64,000 bases of DNA, from the NCBI GenBank assembly GCA_965216755.1, contig CBDCGL010000011.1, forward strand, positions 3,136,001 to 3,200,000. Direction: 5' to 3'. The notes below the pieces were generated by a model that saw nothing but the letters and a program-made list of their open reading frames with translations, was not told the DNA's origin and searched no databases. The position numbers and the translations under genes were made by a program. Within the stretch, counting starts at the first letter, position 1, and each line of letters opens with the position of its first letter. Positions 1 through 12,974 of the stretch are shown piece by piece. This DNA is from Alphaproteobacteria bacterium. GTDB taxonomy: Bacteria; Pseudomonadota; Alphaproteobacteria; UBA7887.

Positions 1-1
1 G

Positions 2-634
2 ATGTTTGGAGACGACGACAAAACGACACGTTGGTGGTGGGTCCGCCATGCCGTGGTGCGGGCCAATAAAGGGCGCATGTATGGTGCCTCGGACCCGCCC
101 GCCGAAATCGACGATCACGAAGCCTTCGCCGGCCTGGCCCGAACTTTGCCGCAGGGCGCGCGGTGGATCACCAGTCATTTGCAGCGCGCCCGCCAGACCG
201 CTCATGCCCTGGCTGGCGCCGGCATGGATATCGGTGACCCAACAATTGAGCAATCTTTCGGCGAGCAGAGCTTCGGCGAATGGCAGGGGCAATTGTATGA
301 AACCGTGGCCGAGATCGCCGCGCCTTATCGCCATCCGACCTGGTTCATCACGGCCGATCACACGCCGCCGGGAGGCGAGAGTTTCTTGGACGTGGTGGCG
401 CGTGTGTCGGGTGCGATCGATCGGCTGACCGTCGATCACGGTCCCGGCGACATTGTCGCCGTTGCCCATGGCGGGTCGATCCGGGCGGCCGTTTGCCATG
501 CTTTAGGCCTGGATCCGGATCAGGCGTTGTATTTGAGTTTTGACAATCTGTCGCTGACCCGCATCGACCATGCGGAAGGCGCCGCTCGCGGCCGCGTGAT
601 TCATGCCAACAATTGCCCACGCTGGCCGGTGTGA
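2..634 (+). CDS. Histidine phosphatase (phosphoglycerate mutase/CobC-like) family protein
   Basis: VRHA motif, SHLQRARQTA, EQSFGEWQG, PPGGES, VAHGGSIR; start lies at the window edge. Confidence 0.85.
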   Translation: MFGDDDKTTRWWWVRHAVVRANKGRMYGASDPPAEIDDHEAFAGLARTLPQGARWITSHLQRARQTAHALAGAGMDIGDPTIEQSFGEQSFGEWQGQLYETVAEIAAPYRHPTWFITADHTPPGGESFLDVVARVSGAIDRLTVDHGPGDIVAVAHGGSIRAAVCHALGLDPDQALYLSFDNLSLTRIDHAEGAARGRVIHANNCPRWPV

Positions 635-947
635 AACAATCGGCCAAAAGGTAATCGTAAGAGATAACGCGATCCGGAGGGCAAGCTCATGCGCACCCGG
701 GCCGGTTCGTTTTTTGTTTCATCATGTTGGTTCGCGCGACAGAAGGCGTTGGCAAGCTGATTGATGAGGCAGGTCATGATGCGCCACATATTGGGCGAGG
801 AGCGATTTGCCTGCAAACACTTGGTCGTTGACGTGCGCGACGCCCTTGTCACCACTTGCCACGACGCCGATATGCTGGCAAACCATTTCCCTTGATGTTT
901 TCATCGACGGCCCCAGTTGATGGCCCCGCAACCAAGGATCCGAAAAA

Positions 948-1634
948 GTGCCCCAGCGAAAAATGAAGCTGCGTTTGGCTGCGCTCACCATGGCGTTGCT
1001 GGCCGCCACCATGCGCCCCGCATTTGCCGACGACCCGCAGAAACTGATCGACGATGCCGCCGCCATGACGCGCTCGTTGCTGAGCGATTCCGAATGGCAG
1101 CAATTTCATGAATTGTTCAAATCCGCCAAAGGCGTGGTTTTGGTGCCCGACTATCTGCGCGCCGGTTTCGTCATCGGCATCGGCGGCAGCCAATGTATCA
1201 TGGTCGCGCGCCACAAACAGGGCGCGGGGTGGAGCGCGCCGTCATTTTGTTTAATGGGCGAAGCCAGTTTCGGCCTCCAGATCGGCGCCGAGAAGGCCGA
1301 ACTGATGATGCTGATCATGACCGATGGCGCGCTCGCCAAATTGGCCGGCGGCAATGTCGAATTCGGCGGTGACGCCGGCATCGCGGTCGGCCTGGTCGGC
1401 GCCAATGTCGGCGGCAACACAACCCTGAACCTGGATCGCGACATCTATGTGTTTGGCCGCGGCCAAGGGCTCTATGGCGGCGTGTCCGTGGAAGGCGGCT
1501 GGATCGGCCCCGACAGCGACTATAACCGCGCCTACTATGGCGGCGCTGTGTCGGCGCACAGCATCCTGATCGATCAATCGGTCGCCAATGCTGCGGCCGA
1601 CGCCTTACAGACCGCGCTCGCCAAGGGTGGTTAG
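948..1634 (+). CDS. Lipid-binding SYLF (Ysc84-like) domain secreted protein
   Basis: Signal peptide; AKGVVLVP..RAGFVIG, WSAPSF, SFGLQIG, GLYGGVSVEG, NRAYYG; AAGGA upstream of GTG. Confidence 0.85.
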   Translation: MPQRKMKLRLAALTMALLAATMRPAFADDPQKLIDDAAAMTRSLLSDSEWQQFHELFKSAKGVVLVPDYLRAGFVIGIGGSQCIMVARHKQGAGWSAPSFCLMGEASFGLQIGAEKAELMMLIMTDGALAKLAGGNVEFGGDAGIAVGLVGANVGGNTTLNLDRDIYVFGRGQGLYGGVSVEGGWIGPDSDYNRAYYGGAVSAHSILIDQSVANAAADALQTALAKGG

Positions 1635-2617
1635 AAAAACCACAGTAAGATCACCAGACCGGTCAGCCCGACGCCTGCCCAAATGTAGATCGTCAAGGCG
1701 CGTTTCAGGTCGTCGGGCAAAACCCGCGCGCGGCCCCGGCCAACCCAATGCCGGGCCACCGTACGGGCGCCATATTGTTTGGGTCCGCCCAGCGACAAAC
1801 CCAGGGCGCCTGCCAGAACCGCCTGCGGCCACAGACCGCTATCGCTTGGATCACGGCGCAGCTCGTTGGCCCAGGTGGACAGAGCATCGCGAAATCCGGC
1901 GCCGGGCACTGGAAAAACCGCAACCGCCAGGACGGCGCTGGTCAGGATCTGCACCGGCCACGCCGCCCAGGCCGCCAGGCGACGCGCACCTTGGCCGAAA
2001 TCGGCGTGGTCGGGACCACGATCGCCGATTGTCGCGACCAAGGTCAGAACCATGCTGTAGCCAAACGCGCCGGCCAAACCAAACATGGCGAAGCCGATGA
2101 TCGGTCCGACACCGCCCATCGCCAGACGGCCGACCAGGATTTCAAAGCCAAGGCGTGCCAGTTGATATGGATCGTTGACGGTTTGCGCACGCGGCGCCCA
2201 ACGGATCAAAGTCGCTTGGCAGCCCGCCATGTCGCCGGCAGATAAGGATTTCTGGCCGTCGGCGACGCGCAGATAGGGCCGGCGCATATCAATCAGGCTG
2301 GCGATTGCCAAGAGCTCGATCAGCCAGACCAAGGGCAAATGCCGTGCTGCCGCCGAAAGCAATGCGCCCGTCGCGATCGCGGTCGCTGTCAGGACGACGG
2401 CGACAAGCACGCCGCGCCGCCTGCGGTCGCGTGCCCCGCGCGTCGCGCGATTGAGTTTGTCGTCGCACCACAACGCCCCACGGCGCCAAAGGGCTCTAGG
2501 GTGCCAACGCATGTTCTCGGCGGAAACCGTGTCCCCGAGCATGGCATCCAAAATGATCGCGACGATCAGAATCAACAGGTGGCTGGGTCCGACCAATTCG
2601 GTGCCAGGCTCAGTCAT
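1631..2617 (-). CDS. cobD: CobD/CbiB (adenosylcobinamide-phosphate synthase) family membrane protein, divergent
   Basis: LD..LGD, WHP, KLNR, WPQAVLAGALGLSLGGP.QYG; several core motifs are degenerate. Confidence 0.7.
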   Translation of the reverse strand: MTEPGTELVGPSHLLILIVAIILDAMLGDTVSAENMRWHPRALWRRGALWCDDKLNRATRGARDRRRRGVLVAVVLTATAIATGALLSAAARHLPLVWLIELLAIASLIDMRRPYLRVADGQKSLSAGDMAGCQATLIRWAPRAQTVNDPYQLARLGFEILVGRLAMGGVGPIIGFAMFGLAGAFGYSMVLTLVATIGDRGPDHADFGQGARRLAAWAAWPVQILTSAVLAVAVFPVPGAGFRDALSTWANELRRDPSDSGLWPQAVLAGALGLSLGGPKQYGARTVARHWVGRGRARVLPDDLKRALTIYIWAGVGLTGLVILLWFF

Positions 2618-2756
2618 CGCGCGCCGCTTATCCTATGTCGCCGTCATGACACAATGATCCGTACCGATCATGGACCCGTTGCATGCGAACACGCCGTGAG
2701 AACGCCGGTCGTCATGTCCCTTCGCGCGTGACCGACAGTCGCCATATTATGCGCCA

Positions 2757-3596
2757 ATGGATCTTGCAACCACGATCATCGCGACTCTCGGCGCCGGCTT
2801 GGCGCAATGCGGGCCGGTCATCGCCGATAACCGTTCGTTGATCGGCGCGTTGTTCGTTGCCGGCTTGGTCGGCGGGACCACGCATTGCATCGCCATGTGT
2901 GGGCCATTCGTCGTCGCCCAGGTCGGCGCGCGCCTGGGCCAGGTGCCGATCGCCGAAATGGGTCCGATCACGCGCTTGGTCGGTGGCGCCCTCTGGCCAT
3001 ACCATTTGGGCCGCTTGTCGACCTATGTCGGACTCGGTGGCGTCGCCGCCGCGCTGCGTGGTCAACTCGATACAAATCAGGACATTCGTTGGTTATCGGC
3101 GACGTGCTTGGCCATTGCGGCCGTGGTCTTCTTCGGTTTCGCGATCAAACACACACAACTTTGGCAACGAATAGGGATCGCCCGGCAAACGCCGCCGCGC
3201 GGCAACGGGATTCCGGCGCACGAGGCGCGAAACTGGTCGCGACTGGCAACATTCGGAGCGTGTTTGACCCGGCCATTGTTCGAGGATCCGCGCGGTTGGC
3301 GAGGTTACGGCCTGGGCGTCGCCCTAGGTTTTATCCCCTGCGGACTGCTATATGGTGCGCTGGTGGCGGCGGCCAGCGCGACCGGCGGCGCTTTGGCAGG
3401 CGGTTTTGCCATGGGCGCCTTCGCGATCGGCACGGCTCCGGGTCTGTTGGTGGTCGGTTTGATGGGACAGTTTGCCGCATCCCGATGGCAGAGTTTGACG
3501 CGCCGTGTGGCGCTTTATCTGATGCCGATCAATGGCTGCGTCTTGCTGTGGTTGGCCGCGTCTCAGATTTGGCATGGAGGTCCGATCTCACCATGA
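2757..3596 (+). CDS. DsbD_2 / TauE-SafE-like membrane protein (cytochrome oxidase/metal biogenesis type)
   Basis: HCIAMCGP, YHLGRLSTY, GFIPCGLLY, FAIGTAP motifs. Confidence 0.8.
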   Translation: MDLATTIIATLGAGLAQCGPVIADNRSLIGALFVAGLVGGTTHCIAMCGPFVVAQVGARLGQVPIAEMGPITRLVGGALWPYHLGRLSTYVGLGGVAAALRGQLDTNQDIRWLSATCLAIAAVVFFGFAIKHTQLWQRIGIARQTPPRGNGIPAHEARNWSRLATFGACLTRPLFEDPRGWRGYGLGVALGFIPCGLLYGALVAAASATGGALAGGFAMGAFAIGTAPGLLVVGLMGQFAASRWQSLTRRVALYLMPINGCVLLWLAASQIWHGGPISP

Positions 3597-4207
3597 CTCG
3601 CAGCGCAGCTTTGGTGGTCGTCGCGGCGATCGCAATCGCTCTCTTGTTGGGCGTTGCGGGGCGCGCCGGCCTGTTCGATAGCCTTGGCAATGCGCGCCAA
3701 CCGGGCGCGGAATTGGCCGCGTCGGCCAGCATCGGCGGGCCGTTGGCGCTGATCGACCACACCGGAACGCCGGTCGCCAACGACGCCTATGCCGGCGAAT
3801 ACCGCCTCATCTATTTCGGTTACACATTTTGCCCGGATGTGTGCCCGACCAGCCTGCAGGTGATCAGCCAAGCGCTGGACTCGATCGGCGATGCCGCGGA
3901 AAGGGTGCGGCCGATATTTATAACCGTTGATCCGGAACGCGATACGGCCGAAGTCCTGGCCGACTATGTGCCCCATTTTCACCCGCGCTTCGTCGGTATG
4001 ACGGGCGAATCCGGGGCAATCGCCGACGTCGCAAAGGCGTATCGGGTCTATTACAGCCGGGCCGAGGTGGAGGGCGAACCCGACGGTTATCTGATGAACC
4101 ACTCCTCGATTATTTATCTGATGGCGCCGGACGGCAGTTTCGTGAAACATTTCAGTCATGGCGTTACCGCGGACGAGGTCGCGGCGGTCTTGCGCGAGGT
4201 GCTGTGA
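3593..4207 (+). CDS. SCO1/SenC family copper chaperone
   Basis: YFGYTFCPDVCP, FITVDPERDT, HSSIIYLM; ATGA overlap with the upstream stop. Confidence 0.92.
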   Translation: MTRSAALVVVAAIAIALLLGVAGRAGLFDSLGNARQPGAELAASASIGGPLALIDHTGTPVANDAYAGEYRLIYFGYTFCPDVCPTSLQVISQALDSIGDAAERVRPIFITVDPERDTAEVLADYVPHFHPRFVGMTGESGAIADVAKAYRVYYSRAEVEGEPDGYLMNHSSIIYLMAPDGSFVKHFSHGVTADEVAAVLREVL

Positions 4208-4356
4208 TTCGGGCACGGCGACGGCGCATTACGCGACACGTGCCAGCGGCAATGAAGCGCGGCACGTGCTTAGAGTTTGCTGTTGTCGCGAATGCCGGAC
4301 GCGGTGAATATTGACGCTTCGTCGTTGAACGGGTGTTGGGTGGGAGGTCGAAAGCG

Positions 4357-5301
4357 ATGACAACAGGACAGCCGATGAAGGGGGTCTTCTGTCCGGCGGT
4401 AACCCCGGTTCAGGACGATTTGAGTCCCGACATCTCTCGCTTCGTCGCGCATTGCCAATGGCTTTTGGAGAATGGCTGTCACGGGCTGGCGGTGTTTGGC
4501 ACCACCGGCGAGGCCAATTCATTTTCGGTCGAGGAACGACTGAACTGTCTCGAAGCCTTGGTCGCCGCCGGTATCGAGCCGGGTCGGATCTTGCCCGGCA
4601 CGGGCTGTTGTGCGTTGTCGGACAGTGTCCGCATGACCGCCCATGCCACGGCGCTCGGTTGCGGCGGTGTGCTGATGTTGCCGCCCTTTTATTACAAGGG
4701 GGTCAGCGATGATGGTCTGTTCAAAGGGTTCGCAGAAGTCATCGAACAAGTCGGCGATGCGCGTCTGAACGTTTACCTGTACCACATACCACCGGTCGCA
4801 CAGGTCGGCTTCAGTTTGGCTCTGGTGGAGCGGCTGGTGCGCACGTATCCAGACACAGTGGTCGGCCTGAAGGACAGCTCGGGCGACTGGTCTTATACGG
4901 AAGCCCTGCTCAAGACACTGCCCGGGTTTGGCGCCTTCAGCGGCAGCGAAGTCTTCCTGCTGAACAATTTGCGTGCCGGCGGCGCCGGAACGATCAGCGC
5001 AACTGCCAACATCAACAGCGTGGCGATTCGCGATTTGTATGACCGCTGGCAAAGTGACGCGGCCGATGATTTGCAAGCGGCGATCACACAGCGGCGCCAA
5101 CTGGTGCAGCAATTCGCAATGATCCCGGCGCTGAAGCGTGTTCTTGGCCAGCGACATAACGATCCGGCTTGGCACAGTGTGCGGCCACCCCTGGTCGCCA
5201 TGGGTGACGCCGACGCCGAACGCCTCATCTCAACACTGGTCGAAGACGGCTATCAACTCGACAGCGGAACCGGAACCGCAGCTTTGGCCGCCAGCGCCTG
5301 A
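4357..5301 (+). CDS. Dihydrodipicolinate synthase (class I aldolase) family protein
   Basis: GTTGEANS, PPFYYK, YLYHIP, GLKDSSGD; GGAGG RBS before ATG 4357. Confidence 0.88.
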   Translation: MTTGQPMKGVFCPAVTPVQDDLSPDISRFVAHCQWLLENGCHGLAVFGTTGEANSFSVEERLNCLEALVAAGIEPGRILPGTGCCALSDSVRMTAHATALGCGGVLMLPPFYYKGVSDDGLFKGFAEVIEQVGDARLNVYLYHIPPVAQVGFSLALVERLVRTYPDTVVGLKDSSGDWSYTEALLKTLPGFGAFSGSEVFLLNNLRAGGAGTISATANINSVAIRDLYDRWQSDAADDLQAAITQRRQLVQQFAMIPALKRVLGQRHNDPAWHSVRPPLVAMGDADAERLISTLVEDGYQLDSGTGTAALAASA

Positions 5302-5343
5302 TGGACCATCCCGAAGCATTGCGACAACCCGGCGGCAACGACC

Positions 5344-6075
5344 ATGGCGGGTAAAACAAAACGGCGACCGGCGCGGCCCCTTGTGCGGATCGAAACCACG
5401 TCGCTGGGCGGTCGCGAAATTGCGTTGCGCATTCGCAAGAGTCCCCGTGCCAAACGGTTGGGACTGCGCCTGGATCCAACGTCGGGCGAGGTTGAGCTGG
5501 TGGTGCCGCCCGGCGTGCCCCACGGCGACGCCAAGCGGTTTCTCAACGACCACGAGAACTGGGTATTGGAACAGCTCGGCGAACTGCCGCCGCGGGTTCC
5601 GTTTGGCGATGGCACGGTATTGCCGCTGCTCGGCGGCAATGTCCGCCTGCGTCATCGGCCGGCATTGCCGGCGACGGCATTTCTGGCCGGTCAGAATTTA
5701 TTTGTCGGCGGCAAACCGGACATGTTCGCCGCCGTGGTGACTGAATGGCTGCGCCAATGCGCGCGCGACACGCTATATCAGAAGTCGCTCGCGCTGGCGG
5801 CGCGTATCGGCATGCGTGTTGAACGCGTGACCATTCGCGATCCACGGACGCGTTGGGCCAGTTGTTCCCATGGCGGTCGGCTATCGTTTTCTTGGCGCTT
5901 GGTCTTGGCGCCGCCGGACGTGACCGACTATGTGGTCGCCCATGAAGTGGCGCATTTGCGGCATATGAACCATGGGCCATCATTTTGGGCCTTGGTCACG
6001 CGACTGGCCCCGGGGCACGACGTGCCGCGCGAGTGGTTACGCCGCAACGGCCAACGCCTGCACCGCTACGGTTGA
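5344..6075 (+). CDS. YgjP/SprT-like (DUF45, M48) zinc metallopeptidase
   Basis: TRWASCS, FSWRLVLAP, YVVAHEVAHLRHMNHG..FW. Confidence 0.9.
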   Translation: MAGKTKRRPARPLVRIETTSLGGREIALRIRKSPRAKRLGLRLDPTSGEVELVVPPGVPHGDAKRFLNDHENWVLEQLGELPPRVPFGDGTVLPLLGGNVRLRHRPALPATAFLAGQNLFVGGKPDMFAAVVTEWLRQCARDTLYQKSLALAARIGMRVERVTIRDPRTRWASCSHGGRLSFSWRLVLAPPDVTDYVVAHEVAHLRHMNHGPSFWALVTRLAPGHDVPREWLRRNGQRLHRYG

Positions 6076-7937
6076 GAAACCGCATGCGTCATGAATTGCC
6101 GCCACATGACAGCCGGCATGCCGCCACCAGTCACATGGTCCATTGGTGTCGCATCGTCGTTGCCGAGCCAGACGCCGGCAACCAGACCTGGCACGTAACC
6201 GATAAACCAAGCGTCACGGAAATCCTGGCTGGTCCCGGTCTTGCCCGCGGCATCGGCGTGGTCGAACGCGGCTTTGCGCCCGGTGCCGCGTTCGACCACG
6301 GTACGTAAGAGGTCCGCCATGGTCGCCGCAACGGCCGGAGACATGACCGTCCCCAAAGCGCCGTCGCTGCGCCGATAGACCGGCTCGCCGGCGCGATCGT
6401 GAACGGCGACGATGCCGTGCGGCAACACGGCGCGACCGCCATTGGCGACTGTGGCGTAGGCGGCGACCAGCTCAACCAAGCTGACTTCCGCGGCTCCCAA
6501 GGCCAGACTGGCGGTCGGTTTCAATGTGGTGGTGATTCCCAGACTTCGCGCACGGTCAATGATTCGTGTCCGTCCCACCTGTTCAGCAATCTGGACGGCA
6601 ACCGGATTGCGTGACAACGCGAAACTGTCGCGCAGGGTGATTTCGCCCAGATAGCCGCCGTCATGATTGCGCGGCGACCATCCATCGATTGTGATCGGCC
6701 CATCTGTGAACAGCTGATCGGGCGCCGCACCGGCCTCTAACGCGGCCAAATAGACAAACAGTTTGAACGCCGAACCCGGCTGGCGATGGGCCTGTGTCGC
6801 ACGGTTGAATTGACTTTGCGCATACGAACGGCCGCCGACCATGGCCTTCACCGCACCGCTCATATCCATGGCCACCAAAGCGGCCTGATCGATCTGCGCA
6901 TCGCGACCGGCGCCGCTTAGAAACGCGCCGACGACGTGCTCTGCGGTCGCCTGTAGGCGCGGATCCAACGTTGTCGACACGACCCTGTCGGCCGATGACC
7001 TGCCCACGAAACTGGGCAGTTGCTCAATCAACCAGTCGGCAAAATAGCGAGCGCCGCCCGAGCCGACATAGGATCCGGTGACAATCGCGGGCCGCGCCTT
7101 GGTCGCGGCCGCCACATCGGCCACCAGCCAACCAGCATCGACCATATTGTCGAGCACTTGGCCGGCCCGTGCCTGGGCAAGCTGCAAATCGCGGGTCGGC
7201 GCGTAGCGGCTGGGCGCTTTCAATAAGCCGGCGATCATCGCCGATTGCGCCAGACTCAGATCGGCGGCACCGATGGCGAAATAGCGCCGGCTGGCCGCTT
7301 CGACGCCGTGCGTCCCCGCACCCAAATAGACTCGATTGAGATAAATCGTCAGCAGTTCATCCTTGCTGAACTTTCGCTCAAGCCACAGTGCCAAAAGGCC
7401 TTCTTGGATCTTGCGGCGAAACGAGCGTTCAGGTGACAGAAATACGTTCTTGGCGACTTGCTGCGTGATCGTGCTGCCGCCTTGGACGACGCGACCGGCA
7501 AACACGTTGACCAAAGCCGCGCGCGCCAGGCCAAGCCAGTCGAGGCCGTTATGGCTGTAGAAGCGGCGATCTTCCGTGGCCAACACGGCCAATGGCAAAT
7601 GGGCGGGCAGATCGTCCAGAGACACCGTGCCGCCGTAAATTTGGCCATAGGTCGCGATGATCGCCCCATCGGCCCCAACAAAAGTTGTACCGGGTGCGCG
7701 CGCCGCGCGCTCCAAATTGACCAAAGCCGGCAAATCATATGCGTAGTAACCGACCGCCGCGGTGCCCACAACCGCCAGCCAAATGGTCAAAACGGTGCCC
7801 CAATAGAGCAGAAACCTACGCAATGTCCGCCGCGGGCGCCGCGCACCGTGCGTCTGTGCGCCGGGCTTCGAGGGTTCGCGCCGCGAGCGATGTCGCGTTC
7901 GACCACGCCCCCCGGAATCGGCTGTGCGTGCCGCCAC
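6066..7937 (-). CDS. Class A penicillin-binding protein (PBP1A family)
   Basis: EDRRFY.H, QGGSTITQQ, RKIQE, SAFK, SRN and KTGT motifs. Confidence 0.93.
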   Translation of the reverse strand: MAARTADSGGRGRTRHRSRREPSKPGAQTHGARRPRRTLRRFLLYWGTVLTIWLAVVGTAAVGYYAYDLPALVNLERAARAPGTTFVGADGAIIATYGQIYGGTVSLDDLPAHLPLAVLATEDRRFYSHNGLDWLGLARAALVNVFAGRVVQGGSTITQQVAKNVFLSPERSFRRKIQEGLLALWLERKFSKDELLTIYLNRVYLGAGTHGVEAASRRYFAIGAADLSLAQSAMIAGLLKAPSRYAPTRDLQLAQARAGQVLDNMVDAGWLVADVAAATKARPAIVTGSYVGSGGARYFADWLIEQLPSFVGRSSADRVVSTTLDPRLQATAEHVVGAFLSGAGRDAQIDQAALVAMDMSGAVKAMVGGRSYAQSQFNRATQAHRQPGSAFKLFVYLAALEAGAAPDQLFTDGPITIDGWSPRNHDGGYLGEITLRDSFALSRNPVAVQIAEQVGRTRIIDRARSLGITTTLKPTASLALGAAEVSLVELVAAYATVANGGRAVLPHGIVAVHDRAGEPVYRRSDGALGTVMSPAVAATMADLLRTVVERGTGRKAAFDHADAAGKTGTSQDFRDAWFIGYVPGLVAGVWLGNDDATPMDHVTGGGMPAVMWRQFMTHAVSQP

Positions 7938-7959
7938 GGCGCTGCCGGCCTAGACCGCT

Positions 7960-11600
<3,641 letters not shown>

Positions 11601-11608
11601 AGCAGTGC

Positions 11609-12727
11609 CTAAACGCGCATCGGCATGAGCACGTAGAGCGCGCTCGGATCGTCTGGGTCGGTGACAATGGTCGGAGACGCCGCATCATGCATGGAAAAAG
11701 TTAGATTTTCGCCGTCGATTTGTTGCGCCATGTCAAGCACATAACGGGAATTGAAACCGATATCCATGGCATCGCCGTCATAGTCGACGACCAGTTCCTC
11801 GCTCGCGCTGGCTTGCTCCGGGCTGTTCGCCGACAACACAAGCCGGCCGTCGTCGATCGTGAATTTGACCGCCCGCGATTTGTCGTTGGCAATTGTCGCG
11901 ACCCGATCGATGGCCGCCGCGAAATCATTGTCAATCACCGTCATGGCTTTGTCATTACCCGACGGAATGACGCGTTCATAGTCTGGAAAAGTGCCGTCGA
12001 TCAGCTTTGAGATCAGCACCGCATCGCCGACGGTAAAGCGGATTTTGGTATCCGATAGGGCTACCACGATGTCGCCCTCGGCCTCTTCCAGAAGTTTGCG
12101 AATTTCCAACACCGCCTTGCGCGGAACGATAATGCCCGGCATGCCTTCGGCGCCCGCCGGCAGCGGACTTTCGACCCGCGCCAGGCGATGGCCATCGGTG
12201 GCAACGGCGCGCAACGTCGCGCTGCCGTTTGTTGCCGCGGCGTGCAAAAAAATGCCGTTGAGATAGTAGCGTGTTTCCTCAGTCGAAATGGCAAATCGGG
12301 TTTTGTCGATCAGGCGTTTGAGATCGCCCAACGGGATCGCAAAATTGTGGCTGAACGTGCCTTCGGCCATGGCCGGGAAATCATCGGTGGGCAAACACAG
12401 CAGCGTAAATTGGGAATTGCCCGCCTGCAGTTCCAGGCGATCGCTGTCGCCGGCGCTGCGCAACGCCACTTCGGTGCCATCCGGCAGTTTGCGGACAATA
12501 TCGAACAGCATATGTGCCGGTGCCGTGGTCGCGCCCGTTTGTCCAACAGTCGCCGACGCTTTGTCGGCGATGGCGATATCCAAATCGGTTGCCAACAAGC
12601 CGAGCCCGTCCGCATCTGCCGACAACAGCACATTCGACAAAATCGGAATCGTATTTCGCCGTTCCACAACGCTTTGCACATGCTGTAAAGCCTTGAGCAA
12701 GTGCGTGCGCTCGATCGTTAAGTCCAT
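11609..12727 (-). CDS. dnaN: DNA polymerase III beta sliding clamp
   Basis: VERRNTIPILSN, STEETRYYLNG, ATDGHRLA, C-terminal VLMPMRV. Confidence 0.98.
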   Translation of the reverse strand: MDLTIERTHLLKALQHVQSVVERRNTIPILSNVLLSADADGLGLLATDLDIAIADKASATVGQTGATTAPAHMLFDIVRKLPDGTEVALRSAGDSDRLELQAGNSQFTLLCLPTDDFPAMAEGTFSHNFAIPLGDLKRLIDKTRFAISTEETRYYLNGIFLHAAATNGSATLRAVATDGHRLARVESPLPAGAEGMPGIIVPRKAVLEIRKLLEEAEGDIVVALSDTKIRFTVGDAVLISKLIDGTFPDYERVIPSGNDKAMTVIDNDFAAAIDRVATIANDKSRAVKFTIDDGRLVLSANSPEQASASEELVVDYDGDAMDIGFNSRYVLDMAQQIDGENLTFSMHDAASPTIVTDPDDPSALYVLMPMRV

Positions 12728-12974
12728 CGTCGCGTATTGCCTAACTCGCCGTGTGCCAGCGGTCGCCCCACCCCCTGCGACACCACCCCACGACACGCCC
12801 ACGTTGCGCGTCGAGGCGGCGCGCGGGCCGCCCGTGATCCTCGCTCAGGGCGCACCCACAAGCATCCGAATGTGTGTCAAAAATATAGCAGAGTCCGGGA
12901 TTTGGCGCAGCAAATTCCGCGCCAACCAGACACATTGACAAAGTCGAATTCAGGGGCCGATGTCGACCCAGGGG

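Noticed and set aside
758-790. Selenocysteine read-through of TGA 758
   Set aside because: GCAGGTC resembles a SECIS apex, but the spacing and stem do not fit and there is no redox motif
2885-3592. Long N-terminal extension of the SCO ORF (440 aa in the track)
   Set aside because: Overlaps the DsbD_2 gene in another frame; the real start is ATG 3593
12728-12974. oriC between dnaA and dnaN
   Set aside because: No DnaA boxes or AT-rich unwinding element; it looks like a dnaN promoter region with a GANTC site
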